Positions 31,501-43,610 of a stretch of DNA of 64,000 nucleotides are shown in pieces. Made by a program: the position numbers and the translations under genes. Every line of letters begins with the position of its first letter. Position 1 is the stretch's first letter. The stretch is from Macrostomum lignano (lineage: Eukaryota): assembly GCA_002269645.1 (NCBI GenBank), contig NIVC01003844.1, forward strand, positions 9,882 to 73,881, read 5' to 3'. Under the pieces are notes generated by a model. The model was given only the letters and a program-made list of their open reading frames with translations, made no database searches and was not told the origin of the DNA.

Positions 31501-32065
31501 GGGCGCCGCCGACGTCAAGGGCGGCAGCTGAAGCGGTTGGATTGTCTGGGGCGCCGCCGACGTCAAGGGCAGCAGCTGTAGCGGCTGGATTGTCTGGGGC
31601 GCCGCCGACGTCAAGGGCGGCAGCTGAAGCGGCTGGATTGTCTGGGGCGCCGCCGACGTCAAGGGCGGCAGCTGAAGCGGCTGGATTGTCTGGGGCGCCG
31701 CCGACGTCAAGGGCGGCAGCTGAAGCGGCTGGATTGTCTGGGGCGCCGCCGACGTCAAGGGCGGCAGCTGAAGCGGCTGGATTGTCTGGGGCGCCGCCGA
31801 CGTCAAGGGCGGCAGCTGAAGCGGCTGGATTGTCTGGGGCGCCGCCGATGTCAAAGGCGGCAGCTGAAGCGGTTGGATTGTCTTGCTCGCAGAGGGCGGT
31901 GCTTGAAGCAGCTGTGATGGCTTGTGTAGCCTTGTCGCCTTTATCATCTGAACGACTTGAAAAATACTGTCGGATCTGGGCGCTCTCCTTTGCGCTGTCT
32001 TTGAGCAATCGAGCACGTTTATTTCTTCTACCTTCAGCTCCAGATAATTTTCTTTTTGTCGACAT
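28502..32065 (-). CDS. hAT transposase (ZMYM1/THAP12-like), 1187 aa
   Basis: FCTLC..HLSCHEKTAFH; LSLRGH..GNFRALL..SPRIQNE; IVDETMD..EQL; QCYDGAAAM; HCMAHWLNL; ETRFLER; LPVSTCEPERVFSKLKR..RSTMGEDRL dimerisation domain. Confidence 0.92.
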   Translation of the reverse strand: MSTKRKLSGAEGRRNKRARLLKDSAKESAQIRQYFSSRSDDKGDKATQAITAASSTALCEQDNPTASAAAFDIGGAPDNPAASAAALDVGGAPDNPAASAAALDVGGAPDNPAASAAALDVGGAPDNPAASAAALDVGGAPDNPAASAAALDVGGAPDNPAATAAALDVGGAPDNPTASAAALDVGGAPDNPAASAAALDVGGAPDNPAASAAALDVGGAPDNPAASAAALDVGGAPDNPAASAAALDVGGAPDNPTASAAALDVGGAPDNPAASAAALDVGGAPDNPAASAAALDVGGASDNPAASAAALDVGGAPDNPAASAAAPDVGGAPDNPAASAAALDVGGAPDNPAASAAALDVGGASDNPAASAPSALFSNVSTASLCGSALIIEDRIQSQHFVAENDIGLAVKLSSINIEIRRKFFKPWVPKKQEHFPFSMHRCQGRQRKRKIMPSHLEEFPWLSVSRVSGLEGVFCTLCVLFSSAAGVGGRSHGGGQMPGVLVMKPLQRFDELTGKSGHLSCHEKTAFHLANVEKMKEFEKRTLFGEETNDIRSQIEKTRQQQISKNREILISVIDTVLTCARQNLSLRGHRGENQPLFPESDNSQEAEEPKVNDGNFRALLRFRIRAGDSVLGAHARQASLNATYFSPRIQNETLDVALQLIQERIVARVRNAMIVDETMDVQKREQLVIVVRFVEQTEDGAFQQFEEPVAMLDVVADIAENCDGWENLRLSGANISSAIVRRLRTLGLDLNQCVAQCYDGAAAMASERIGVAAFIRKEAPQADYFHCMAHWLNLSAANAIKVQIIRNSMGVIQEVVAGFKSSSKRTTLLKRLIQSNDHEVETAKWHLISLCETRFLERHTAVVTFRLLFPFIEQALEEISSWPGTDAARSAACHHSAILNLDFIVGMIVLETLASLLLPVSRRLQSSSSELVEALADVHHVLAELEELQSEVRFREVFSKVEQLAAEFDIEVRPPRIRSAREHFAFATTRSRQPVSVTAEQHYRETVFYPAVAAIISDIKLRFDAPQKRAFNLTLLIPKFFHEKLVDMEEQWSKVQEAVLKYNCQLTDPPSVVKQEYLLWRRQWAAVSTRDRPGSALEALKTCSVHKFPNIQRLLMILATLPVSTCEPERVFSKLKRTLTVERSTMGEDRLQSILLLQCHRSACPTPEEVLQRFASQPRRIELLL
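30950..31882 (-). repeat. In-frame 48-bp VNTR (~19 copies of LDVGGAPDNPAASAAA) in the transposase N-terminus
   Basis: GGCGGCAGCTGAAGCGGCTGGATTGTCTGGGGCGCCGCCGACGTCAAG tandem. Confidence 0.95.
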
Positions 32066-35000
32066 GAATCCGTCCAGAGTCCCGACTACGCTCTCAAATG
32101 CATTCTCGATTCGATAGGTTGAATTGGATTAATGCGTTTTTTAAAGCTTATTTGCTTGGTTTTGCTTTGCATAAGGAATATTCCGTGAATGAGTCAAACA
32201 CAGACGCTTTTATTTACAAGTAAGCGTACGTTCATCATAGTACTTTCTTTCTACGTACTTTCAAGCGTAGCTCTTAGGGCTTAGGGCGTTGGGGGGGGGG
32301 GGGGGCAGGCAGTCCTTGTTTTGCCTCCTCTCTCTCAACTCAACCCCGCGCGATCGATAATGGACGGGAGACGGTTTGCTTCATGTGGTGAGGGTATGCA
32401 CACGATTTTAATGTACAGCGGAGAGCTTTTTAGCTAACATGTTTATCAGTAGAGAATGGGTTGATTAAATTCAGTGGAGAGTTGTCTATTTGCCAAACTT
32501 ATTCAATTGATGTTAGAAAAATGTGTACATTCTGACTGACGCCAAGTACAAGCATGCATATAGAAAGCGAGAATTGAACAGCTAGTTATTTGCGAAGTTC
32601 TTAAAAATTGAGTTATTTCTGCTTAATGGAATGAAGAATTTTCAGTAAATGATTAGAATCTACATTTAGTATAGGTAGCTTTTCAAACTGATTAGTCATA
32701 CCTTCATGATATTTGTTTCATTTATACGCACTTATTACAAAAACAAAATTAACTATCTGTTGGTGGGGCGTGGGCGCCTGTCGTTTGGTGGGTGGGCACC
32801 CTGTATCTTACAGTGCGCCCTTGTCTCTTAAATGGGCGTCCGTGTCCCTTAGGTGGGCGCCCCTATCATTCATCGAGCTTATACCCCATCGTTTCGTTGT
32901 TGGAGGGGCGCAATTTTTGTGGGGGCACAATTTTTTTAAGGGGCAATTTTTGTGGGGGCGCAATTTTTGTGTGGCCGCAATTTTTGTGCGGGGATCGATG
33001 GGCGGCGGGAGCTTACGGCACCGGGGCACGTTTACCGCACGGGCGGTAATTTTTAGTGCCTTCTCTGATATTTTAGGCCCTAATTATTAGCAGCTTATAT
33101 AAAGGTACCTGTGCTGTGCCCCCTTGCCCTGTGCCCAGTGCCCCCTAAAATATTAGGCTCTGCCACTCCCTGGGGAGGGGGCAATTTTAGTGGAACTGTG
33201 GGGGCGCAATTTTTGTCAGGGGGGGGGCAATTTTTGTGAGGGCGCAATTTTAGTGGGGAGGGGGGCAATTTTTGTGGGGGGGGGCAATTTTTGTGGGGTG
33301 CGCAATTTTTGTGGGGGGCGTAATTTTTTTGGCGGGCGATTGGGGGGGGGGGGGCCGCGGCCCCCCCCCCCCCCCCCCTGCGTACGCCACTGGACCCCAG
33401 ACCGTTATCTATTAAAATTTCTCGCAATAATTTAGTTTATATTTATTGTGCTTCGTGCTGTACCATAAACCGCCTTTACAGTTGTAAAACTGAGATCAAT
33501 GGAAAAGAAAACGGTGGGAGCGTCTGTTTTAAGAAAACCGGTTTGGGCGTCAATTTTTTTAAAGAACAAAAATAAGCATAAAACTTACATACTATCAAAA
33601 ATTCGTTTTTTTATTTTTAAACGATATTTGTTGCTGAAGCAGGTTATTTTTCTTAACTTCTATCTAACTAACTAATAATTATGTCGCCAATTTGTAAATA
33701 ACGCTCGTACAAGTTCAAACGATTCATTTGAAGTTTTAAAGTTTGACAGAGTTAATGACAAAGTTTTAGTCTTAGTTACTCTTAAATTTAGTTTATTGAA
33801 AGCTTTATATATAAACCTGTCATTTGCATTGCATCTCTCTGCCCTCTTGAGTCCGCCTCTGCCTCCTTGAATTGGACACCCAGTACAGTAAATCTCAATA
33901 AATTTTCGAAGCCTGACGAAAACTGTTCCTGGTCGATAAAATCCACAAACCAGACAAAATTAGGTGGGCAAGCGCAGAGTGGCCAAATGAGTGGAAAGGT
34001 GAGCAGGATAAATTATAGAAATTAATTCGCCTGATTAGTGAAAATTCATCATAATTTGCTATGCTGCCTACTTAATCTCATTTTCAGTAGTGTGTGCGAC
34101 GACTTTGAATTTCGACATTTTATGCAATTTCTTGTACCCGAAATTCACTGTAATCTATTGTTACTAAGTTTACTATTTTTTATTGCTTCACTTCAGCTAC
34201 GACAACCTTCAGTAATAAAGTTTTTTGCGCATTGAAAGATTTCGCATCCTCAAGGTTTTAAATTCTCATTTTCAACTTTTATCTGCTGAAAAACTTTGCA
34301 ATTCTTAGGAATTTCGATGCCTATCATTTGTTTTAAATTTCTATAATTAAAAATAAGGAATTCAATCAGTTTGCAGACTGTGTAGTCAGCTTTAGTGGCC
34401 TCGCTTTCTAAAAATACACCAAATTTTTCCCTTGTGCAGCCTCGTCAATCTTAATAACTCCTGCATCAACTGGAACCCACTCGCTTATATCAGCGTATTG
34501 AAACCCTCAGCCGCAAGTGCAGTGCTTCTTTCTTTTAGTCGTGACAGGTCCGTATATAAACACGTCATCATCCTATCCAGACAGGCAGACCTTTGCCCGA
34601 TAATCCTCGTGCCAATCCATTCTACTGTTCCAAACAGTGAACTGCCTGTAGAGCACTTGAGCCACTCAGCTACAAGTTGATTACTTCGTCACTAATCCTT
34701 GAGAGTTTTCGGTCCTTTCTTTGCTGGACTCCCGCTGGACTACCTGTCTATCTATGCAAGATTTTGTTTCTGTTCTGACTTGGCTACAAGACCATTCTAC
34801 TATACTATCTGCTGTAGTTTTGTTCGTGAGCCGCCAATCTACACTTTGATGAAGTGGTGCCTAGTAAACACACACTAAACAGAGGCTGTGGGAAATATTT
34901 GAAACTGATTCTACTGCCGAAACCGTAATGACAAGTAAGCTGTGTTTGCTAGTCCGATGCCCGTTCGGCTACCGTGCATTGAAAATGAATCTATGGACCC

Positions 35001-35254
35001 TATAGCTACTAGAATCTGGCGTCCACGTGTCCATTATCGATTCGCTTGAATTCTACAAATTGTATTATTGTACCCATCGATCTCTCGACTCTCATTACTT
35101 CTGATTCATTTTAATTTCAACTCAATGATGCCAAAGATAAAGCCATATATATTTCTAGTCTTGATAGGTGCTAGATTCAGCGTCTCTGTATCAAGTCTGG
35201 CGCTCCTTTACTATCTTTTACCGCGGAAGCAGAGCAGCTCAGCGATAAATGAAA

Positions 35255-38200
35255 CTGCGGCGCCAAAATGAGTGCCTGCGGCGCTAAAATGAGTACCTGC
35301 GACGCTAAAATGAGTGCCTGCGGCGCTAAAATGAGTGTCTGCGGCGCTAAAATGAGTACCTGCGGCGCTAAAATGAGTACCTGCGACGCTAAAATGAGTG
35401 CCTGCGGCGCTAAAATGAGTGTCTGCGGCGCTAAAATGAGTACCTGCGGCGCTAAAATGAGTACCTGCGGCGCTAAAATGAGTACCTGCGGCGCCAAAAT
35501 GAGTGCCTGCGGCGCTAAAATGAGTGCCTGTGGCGCCAAAATGAGTACCTGCGGCGCCAAAATGAGTGCCTGCGGCGCTAAAATGGTGTCTGCGGCGCCA
35601 AAACGAGTGTCTGCGGCGCTAAAATGGTGTCTGCGGCGCCAAAATGAGTGCCTGCGGTGCTAAAATGAGTGCCTGCGGTGCTAAAATGAGTGCCTGCGGC
35701 GCTAAAATGAGTGCCTGCGGTGCTAAAATGAGTGCCTGCGGTGCTAAAATGAGTGCCTGCTGCGCTGAACTGAGTGCCTGCGGCGCTAAAATGAATAACT
35801 TTGGCGCCAAAATGAGTGCCTGCGACGCTAAAATGAGTGCCTGCGGCGCTAAAATGAGTGCCTGCGACGCTAAAATGAGTGCCTGCGGCGCTAAAATGAG
35901 TGCCTGCGGCGCTAAAATGAGTGTCTGCGGCGCTAAAATGAGTACCTGCGGCGCTAAAATGAGTACCTGCGACGCTAAAATGAGTGCCTGCGGCGCTAAA
36001 ATGAGTGTCTGCGGCGCTAAAATGAGTACCTGCGGCGCTAAAATAAGTACCTGCGGCGCTAAAATGAGTACCTGCGGCGCCAAAATGAGTGTCTGCGGCG
36101 CTAAAATGAGTGCCTGCGGCGCTAAAATGAGTACCTGCGACGCTAAAATGAGTGCCTGCGGCGCTAAAATGAGTGTCTGCGGCGCTAAAATGAGTACCTG
36201 CGGCGCTAAAATGAGTACCTGCGACGCTAAAATGAGTGCCTGCGGCGCTAAAATGAGTGTCTGCGGCGCTAAAATGAGTACCTGCGGCGCTAAAATGAGT
36301 ACCTGCGGCGCCAAAATGAGTACCTGCGGCGCCAAAATGAGTGCCTGCGGCGCTAAAATGAGTGCCTGTGGCGCCAAAATGAGTACCTGCGGCGCCAAAA
36401 TGAGTGCCTGCGGCGCTAAAATGGTGTCTGCGGCGCCAAAACGAGTGTCTGCGGCGCTAAAATGGTGTCTGCGGCGCCAAAATGAGTGCCTGCGGTGCTA
36501 AAATGAGTGCCTGCGGTGCTAAAATGAGTGCCTGCGGCGCTAAAATGAGTGCCTGCGGTGCTAAAATGAGTGCCTGCGGTGCTAAAATGAGTGCCTGCTG
36601 CGCTGAACTGAGTGCCTGCGGCGCTAAAATGAATAACTTTGGCGCCAAAATGAGTGCCTGCGACGCTAAAATGAGTGCCTGCGGCGCTAAAATGAGTGCC
36701 TGCGGCGCCAAAATGAGTGCCTGCGGCGCTTAATAGAGTTTCTGCAGCGCCAAAATGAGTGCCTGCGACGCTAAAATGAGTGCCTGCGGCGCTGAACTGA
36801 GTGCCTGCGGCGCTAAAATGAATAACTTTGGCGCCAAAATGAGTGCCTGCGGAGCTAAAATGAGTGCCTGCGGCGCTAAAATGAGTGCCTGGGGCGCTAA
36901 AATGAGTGCCTGCGGCGCTGAAATGAGTGCCTGCGGCGCTAAAATGAGTGCCTGCGGCGCCAAAATGAGTGCCTGCGGTGCTAAAATGAGTGCCTGCGGT
37001 GCTAAAATGAGTGCCTGCGGCGCTGAAATGAGTGTCTGCGGCGCTAAAATGAGTGCCTGCGGCGCTGAAATGAGTGCCTGCGGCGCTAAAATGAGTGCCT
37101 GCGGCGCTAAAATGAGTTTCTGCAGCGCTGAAATGAGTGCCTGCGGTGCTAAAATGAGTGCCTGCGGCGCTGAAATGAGTGCCTGCGGCGCTAAAATGAG
37201 TGCCTGCGGCGCCAAAATGACTGCCTGCGGCGCTGAAATGAGTGCCTGCGGCGCTTAAATGAGTTTCTGCAGCGCTGAAATGAGTGCCTGCGGCGCTAAA
37301 ATGAGTACCTGCGGCGCTAAAATGAGTGCCTGCGGCGCTAAAATGAGTGCCTGCGGCGCTAAAATGAGTGCCTGCGGCGCTGAAATGAGTGCCTGCGGCG
37401 CTGAAATGAGTGCCTGCGGCGCCAAAATGAGTGCCTGCGGCGCTGAAATGAGTGCCTGCGGCGCTGAAATGAGTGCCTGCGGCGCTAAAATGAGTGCCTG
37501 CGGCGCCAAAATGAGTGCCTGCGGCGCTGAAATGAGTGCCTGCGGCGCTAAAACGAGTGCCTGCGGCGCTAAAATGAGTGCCTGCGGTGCTAAAATGAGT
37601 GCCTGCGGCGCTGAAATGAGTGCCTGCGGCGCTAAAATGAGTGCCTGCGGCGCCAAAATGAGTGCCTGCGGCGCTGAAATGAGTGCCTGCGGCGCTAAAA
37701 TGAGTGCCTGCGGCGCTAAAATGAGTGCCTGCGGCGCTAAAATGAGTGCCTGCGGTGCTAAAATGAGTGCCTGCGGCGCCAAAATGAGTGCCTGCGGCGC
37801 TTAATAGAGTTTCTGCAGCGCCAAAATGAGTGCCTGCGACGCTAAAATGAGTGCCTGCGGCGCTGAACTGAGTGCCTGCGGCGCTAAAATGAATAACTTT
37901 GGCGCCAAAATGAGTGCCTGCGGAGCTAAAATGAGTGCCTGCGGCGCTAAAATGAGTGCCTGGGGCGCTAAAATGAGTGCCTGCGGCGCTGAAATGAGTG
38001 CCTGCGGCGCTAAAATGAGTGCCTGCGGCGCCAAAATGAGTGCCTGCGGTGCTAAAATGAGTGCCTGCGGTGCTAAAATGAGTGCCTGCGGCGCTGAAAT
38101 GAGTGTCTGCGGCGCTAAAATGAGTGCCTGCGGCGCTGAAATGAGTGCCTGCGGCGCTAAAATGAGTGCCTGCGGCGCTAAAATGAGTTTCTGCAGCGCT

Positions 38201-39172
38201 GAAATGAGTGCCTGCGGTGCTAAAATGAGTGCCTGCGGCGCTGAAATGAGTGCCTGCGGCGCTAAAATGAGTGCCTGCGGCGCCAAAATGAGTGCCTGCG
38301 GCGCTGAAATGAGTGCCTGCGGCGCTAAAATGAGTGCCTGCGGCGCTAAAATGAGTGCCTGCGGCGCTAAAATGAGTGCCTGCGGCGCTAAAATGAGTGC
38401 CTGCGGCGCCAAAATGAGTTCCTGCGGCGCCAAAATGAGTGCCTGCGGCGCTTAATAGAGTTTCTGCAGCGCCAAAATGAGTGCCTGCGGCGCTGAAATG
38501 AGTGCCTGCGGCGCTAAAATGAGTGCCTGCGGCGCTAAAATGAGTGCCTGCGGTGCTAAAATGAGTGCCTGCGGCGCTGAAATGAGTGCCTGCGGCGCTA
38601 AAATGAGTGCCTGCGGCGCCAAAATGAGTGCCTGCGGCGCTGAAATGAGTGCCTGCGGCGCTAAAATGAGTGCCTGCGGCGCTAAAATGAGTGCCTGCGG
38701 CGCTAAAATGAGTGCCTGCGGTGCTAAAATGAGTGCCTGCGGCGCCAAAATGAGTGCCTGCGGCGCTTAATAGAGTTTCTGCAGCGCCAAAATGAGTGCC
38801 TGCGACGCTAAAATGAGTGCCTGCGGCGCTGAACTGAGTGCCTGCGGCGCTAAAATGAGTACCTGCGGCGCTAAAATGAGTGCCTGCGGCGCTAAAATGA
38901 GTGCCTGCGGCGCTAAAATGAGTGCCTGCGGCGCTGAAATGAGTGCCTGCGGTGCTAAAATGAGTGCCTGCGGCGCTAAAATGAGTTCCTGCGGCGCCAA
39001 AATGAGTGCCTGCGGCGCTTAATAGAGTTTCTGCAGCGCCAAAATGAGTGCCTGCGGTGCTAAAATGAGTGCCTGCGGTGCTAAAATGAGTGCCTGCGGT
39101 GCTAAAATGAGTTCCTGCGGCGCTGAACTGAGTGCCTGCGGCGCTAAAATGAGTGCCTGTGGCCTCAAATGA
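35255..39172. repeat. 21-bp minisatellite, ~3.9 kb
   Basis: TGCGGCGCTAAAATGAGTGCC tandem, with recurring variant units forming larger duplicated blocks. Confidence 0.97.
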
Positions 39173-41669
39173 TCGCTGACAACACCGATTTTGAAAATAA
39201 TGTACATGTAGGAATTTATTCATGTAACATGTACATATTTAGAATTCTCAGATTTGTCCCCCCTACCATAAAATCCATGGCGACGCCCCTCGCTACGAGT
39301 AAATTTACGCCACACTACCAATTTCTGGTGGTTAGGCTTCTTCCCTAGCTTCATATTCTGAATTTGAACTACTGATTATTTAAAAAATATGATTCCATCA
39401 ATTTCAATCAGTCAAATCAAAATCCCTACAGTGTTTTATTTTGGCAACTATTTTGTGATTCAATCTTTTGCTATTTTTGTTTACATTTGGTTGATGTAAT
39501 GTAACTGGCAACCACATCCGTTTTCACGCCTAGATACTAAATATAGTTGTCTAGTTAAGATCTCTAATGTGCATAGGGCCAATCTGTCACGAGCTAGTAG
39601 TGAAAGAAATATATCTTAAAAGGTTTCCTTTAAAAAAGTTACAAAAAGAATATTTCCTTGTCAAACAAAACTACACAGCGGTGGTTCACAAGCTGGAAAA
39701 TCTACTGGCAAAATCTTGTCGAAAAAATTAACTGAAGTTTCGTCAGTTTTAACTGACACCGCGGGGACCACCCTGACAAGGCGCGTCGGTCAAAGAATTG
39801 CTATGGTCATTTTTCTCATGGGGAGTTTGCTCCCACAGAAGAAGCGAAAGCCACGGAATGCTATAGGCCTAGTAATCTGGATTGAGAAATTTTAGACTTT
39901 CAGTCAATGAACATATTTTGTGCAAAGAATCTCAACTGTCGAATAGAATTCTAGTGAATTCAGACCTGTTAACTATTTACCTCTTTAAAATCCAATTTAA
40001 CTAATGCCAATTAGTTAAATAAAGTGGTCTGCCTTGCCGTTTAGTTGCTCTGCCACTGCTGACAGAATAGAGATCAGGTCTTCTAAGAAAAAGGGTTTAC
40101 TGAAGAGAAAGAAGCAATAATATATAATATCTGTAACTGGAAACAAACTCATTAATATCATGCTAACGATGTTACGGAACACTGTCTAGCTGTTCACTAA
40201 CGTTAATGGACTGTAGTTAAGAAATTTTAGCTAACGGGTTAATGATTGTGTTTGAAAATGCGTCATTGTTATTTGTTAATGATGTACGTGTATTATATAG
40301 CGCCAATTTTTCCCGCAAAGAAGCGCCATTCCCACGGGCGCCAAGGCTAGATAGCAGACGCTATACTTATTTGGTGAAATCAGATAAATAGAAATAAATA
40401 TAATTTAGTTAAATACAGTTTCAAGCAGCTTCAAAACAGTAAAATTAATAGGTATTTTGAAAGTTAAAGTTAACGGATTAACGTATATTAATGTTTTACC
40501 GTTTATTTTTTCCTTTAACATCTAACGATTAGGTCATTAACAGGGGTTAAGCTTTTAATTAACGTTACCTGACACACTGTGTGTTAATCATTCCGTAAAA
40601 AATTCAAAAGTCTAATACCGGAATACTTTTCTTTCAAAAAACCGGCAGCACTAAACCAAGTTGTAGTTAAATTAGTTCTCCTTACTCTAGAGTTCCATCC
40701 ATAGTTTCAGGCTTCTATGTTTTTTCTTCAAATCTCTCCATGGCGTCTCCTCTTTTTTCACGGATGAGGTGCATGGGATGGACGGCGGGGCACAGCGGGT
40801 GGCGCTGGTTACCCGGACCAACATATCGAGATCAGCTACCGAAATCTTCGAGATTTCCTAGATCTGCCGCCAGAGGGTAAGGCCGGTATATGTAGGAAGG
40901 TGTGAACGAAGGTGTCTTTGGTGCCGCGCGCGGTCGCAACTCGCAAGGGAATCGCCGGCCCCACCCGCCCCGCCTTTGCAGCCGACTGCTGGGCGATAAT
41001 TTAGCAAAAAATACGAACAGAAAGAGTTCGGGTGCCGACCTGACAACCGGAGAATTTCTTTCTTTTCTTTGCTTTTTTCTCAGTAGATTGGTTCCGGCTT
41101 TGGACACGTCTCTGTTCGCTGTAAGGGTCCGTCCGGCCTTTAGAATTCGGCCAAGCGCACTGCTTTTTAGTTTCGGGGATATTTATTTACGGAAACTCCC
41201 CGGGGTATCGCAATCGCATAGTGAAAATAGAGCTGCTGTTGTTGCCGCGAAGCCGCCGCGCCGCTGTTGCTGCTTCTAGTGGGAGGGGGGAGGGCGGGGC
41301 GAACCGCTTGGTCACTGAACGAACGGCCGGATTACTGAGGACCCTTGAGGCTTGGCTTTGGGGTCTTTTCAACTGATTTAAAGATAGAGGAACGAACGAT
41401 AAAGCATATGCATGCCTAGTATATCAGGCTTTAGTAACTCTTGCGCTAGTATCGGTTTAGCTGCAGTCAGAGATATCCTGGATGTACATTACTTGGAAGC
41501 ATAATAACTTATAGCTGGTATTCAATTATTTTATTACTAGATTATTATTGGATTCGTGAAAAACAATTTTATCACTTCTTACAATCCTACTCTTAGAATT
41601 CTCAAACAATAATATCACGCTTCTCTCCCTTAATCCATTGGAGGTTCGCCTCTTTTTGACCCGAAAATC

Positions 41670-42055
41670 TGGCCCTCTCTGACCCCAAAGATCCGTCTCT
41701 CTCTGAACCTAAAGATCCACCCTCTCTGACCCCAAAGATCCGCCTCTCTCTGAACCCAAAGATCCACCCTCTCTGACCTCAAAGATCCAGCCTCTCTGAC
41801 CTCAAAGATCCAGCCTCTCTGACCCCAAAGATCCACCCTCTCTGACCCCAAAGATCCACCCTCTCTTCAAGCCCCTCTTTTCAACCCCAAAGATACCCTC
41901 TCTGACCCCAAAGATCCAGCCTCTCTGACCCCAAAGATCCACCCTCTCTTCAAGCCCCTCTTTTCAACCCCAAAGATACCCTCTCTGACCCCAAAGATCC
42001 AGCCTCTCTGACCCCAAAGATCCACCCTCTCTGCGACCCCAAAGATCCGCCCTTC
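41670..42055. repeat. Minisatellite, ~22-24-bp unit
   Basis: CCCCAAAGATCCACCCTCTCTGA and variants. Confidence 0.9.
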
Positions 42056-42954
42056 TCCTCCCTATAATTCTAACGCCTAAAAATCAGTTTCTCTGGTCCA
42101 TGAGTTTTAGTGACTGCATTAAAATAAGCCAAATGTGTCCATGCAGCTTGCAGTTCTTAGCATTTCTTTCCAAAAACAGGCAAAATAGAGGATGGTGAAA
42201 ACACTGCGAGACCAAACATTCTTGCCTATATTAGAAAAACTTCTAAACACGATTTTCTGCTTTTCCAGTTCCAGCAGCCAGCAGGTGGTACCAGGTGAAT
42301 ATCGTCCAAGTCAGATCTCGACAAGGGAATATCCGTGAGCCCGCGAAAGGCTACGACTGCCTCGTGTTAAAACATCTGCACGGAATTTTGTTTCCTAAAC
42401 AAAAAAAAAGTTTTTCCTATTTAGAGACACTGACATTTCTTCAGAAAGTCGCGAAACACCTGCGTTTCCCTTGCCTAGTTACGCAAAATTGTCCAAAAAT
42501 CAGCAAGGTGTTAATAGCGCATCGATCTGTGCCAACTTTGAAAAAATATTAACTGCATCTGCATCTATAAATGATTGAAGTTTGTTTAAGTCTCTTTCCT
42601 AGAATCGAAAAAAACGAAGGAGCTATTCGAAGATCGACTGCAGGAGAAAAAATAAGGTTGATTGAAAGCAAACTATAGTTGGGCAATCATCCTTTTTTAA
42701 ATGATTCGAGCGTTAGCAGGTGTGTTCTATATTCCTCAATCATTTTGCTAAAAAAATTGAAAAAAATGGAGAGTAGCGCTCCTTTTTTACTATACACTAT
42801 GTAGGTTTTTAAATTCCGAAAAAGTATAGAGTTGCTTGATCTAAAAGACATCCGAATCCATGCACTAAACATGTCTTAACAAAGCGCCCCACGAGCACTG
42901 CTCCATCTCCTCCGAACAGAACGCCCCACCCAATAAATACAGTTCTAAAAACCA

Positions 42955-43610
42955 CGGTGCCCACCAACGCAGTGCCCCCCACACTGTGCCCCCCCAGCAC
43001 AGTGCCCCCCCCCAACACAGTGCCCCCCACACTGTGCCCCCAGCACTGTGCCCACCAGCACTGTGCCCCCAGCACTGTGCCCCCAGCACTGTGCCCCCCA
43101 GCACTGTGCCCCAGCACTGTGCCCCCCACACTGTGCCCCCCAGCTTTGTGCCCCAGCACTGTGCCCCCAGCACTGTGCCCCCAGCACTGTGCCCCCCACA
43201 CTGTGCCCCCCCAGCTTTGTGCCCCCAGCACTGTGCCTCCCAGCACCTGTGCCCTCAGCACTGTGCCCTCAGCACTGTGCCCCCCAGCACTGTGCCCCCC
43301 AACACTAACCCCCAGCACAGTGCCCCCAACACAGTGCCCCCACCACACTGTGCCCCCCAGCACTGTGCCCCCAGCTCTGTGCCCCCCAACACAGTGCCCC
43401 CCACTGTGCCCCAGCACTGTGCCCCCAGCACTGTGCCCCCAGCACTGTGCTCCCAGCACTGTGCCCCCAACACTAACCCCTAGCACTGTGCCCCAACACT
43501 GGCCCCCCAGCACTGTGCCCCCAACACTAACCCCAGCACCCAACACTAACACCCAGCACTGTGCCCCAACACAGTGCCCCCCAGCACTGTGCCCCCCAAC
43601 ACTCTGCCCC
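42955..43610. repeat. C-rich minisatellite, ~13-15-bp unit
   Basis: CAGCACTGTGCCCC(C) tandem. Confidence 0.92.

Larger units (their letters stand above)
27641..33392 (-). mobile_element. Autonomous-type hAT transposon (5752 bp) with 16-bp TIRs and 8-bp TSD
   Basis: TIR CAGTGGCGTAC(T/G)CAGG; TSD GACCCCAG at 27633-27640 and 33393-33400; GGGGGCGCAATTTTTG subterminal repeats at ~32900-33330. Confidence 0.93.

Noticed and set aside
30891-32117. 408-aa plus-strand ORF and other frames over the hAT VNTR
   Set aside because: Antisense and alternate-frame shadows of the 48-bp repeat in the transposase.
34430-34900. Possible degraded LINE C-terminal coding remnant
   Set aside because: Many stops in all frames and no motif I can identify with confidence.
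35177-39207. Long repetitive ORFs (MSACGAK, APQALIL, AAGTHFS) resembling ice-nucleation or antifreeze proteins
   Set aside because: They arise automatically from a 21-bp unit; there are no unique flanking domains or splice signals. Kept only as a low-interest finding.
39255-39290. hAT-like terminus ...CCATGGCGACGCCCCT (and GAGTCCGCCTCTG near 33850)
   Set aside because: No partner terminus or TSD found in the window.
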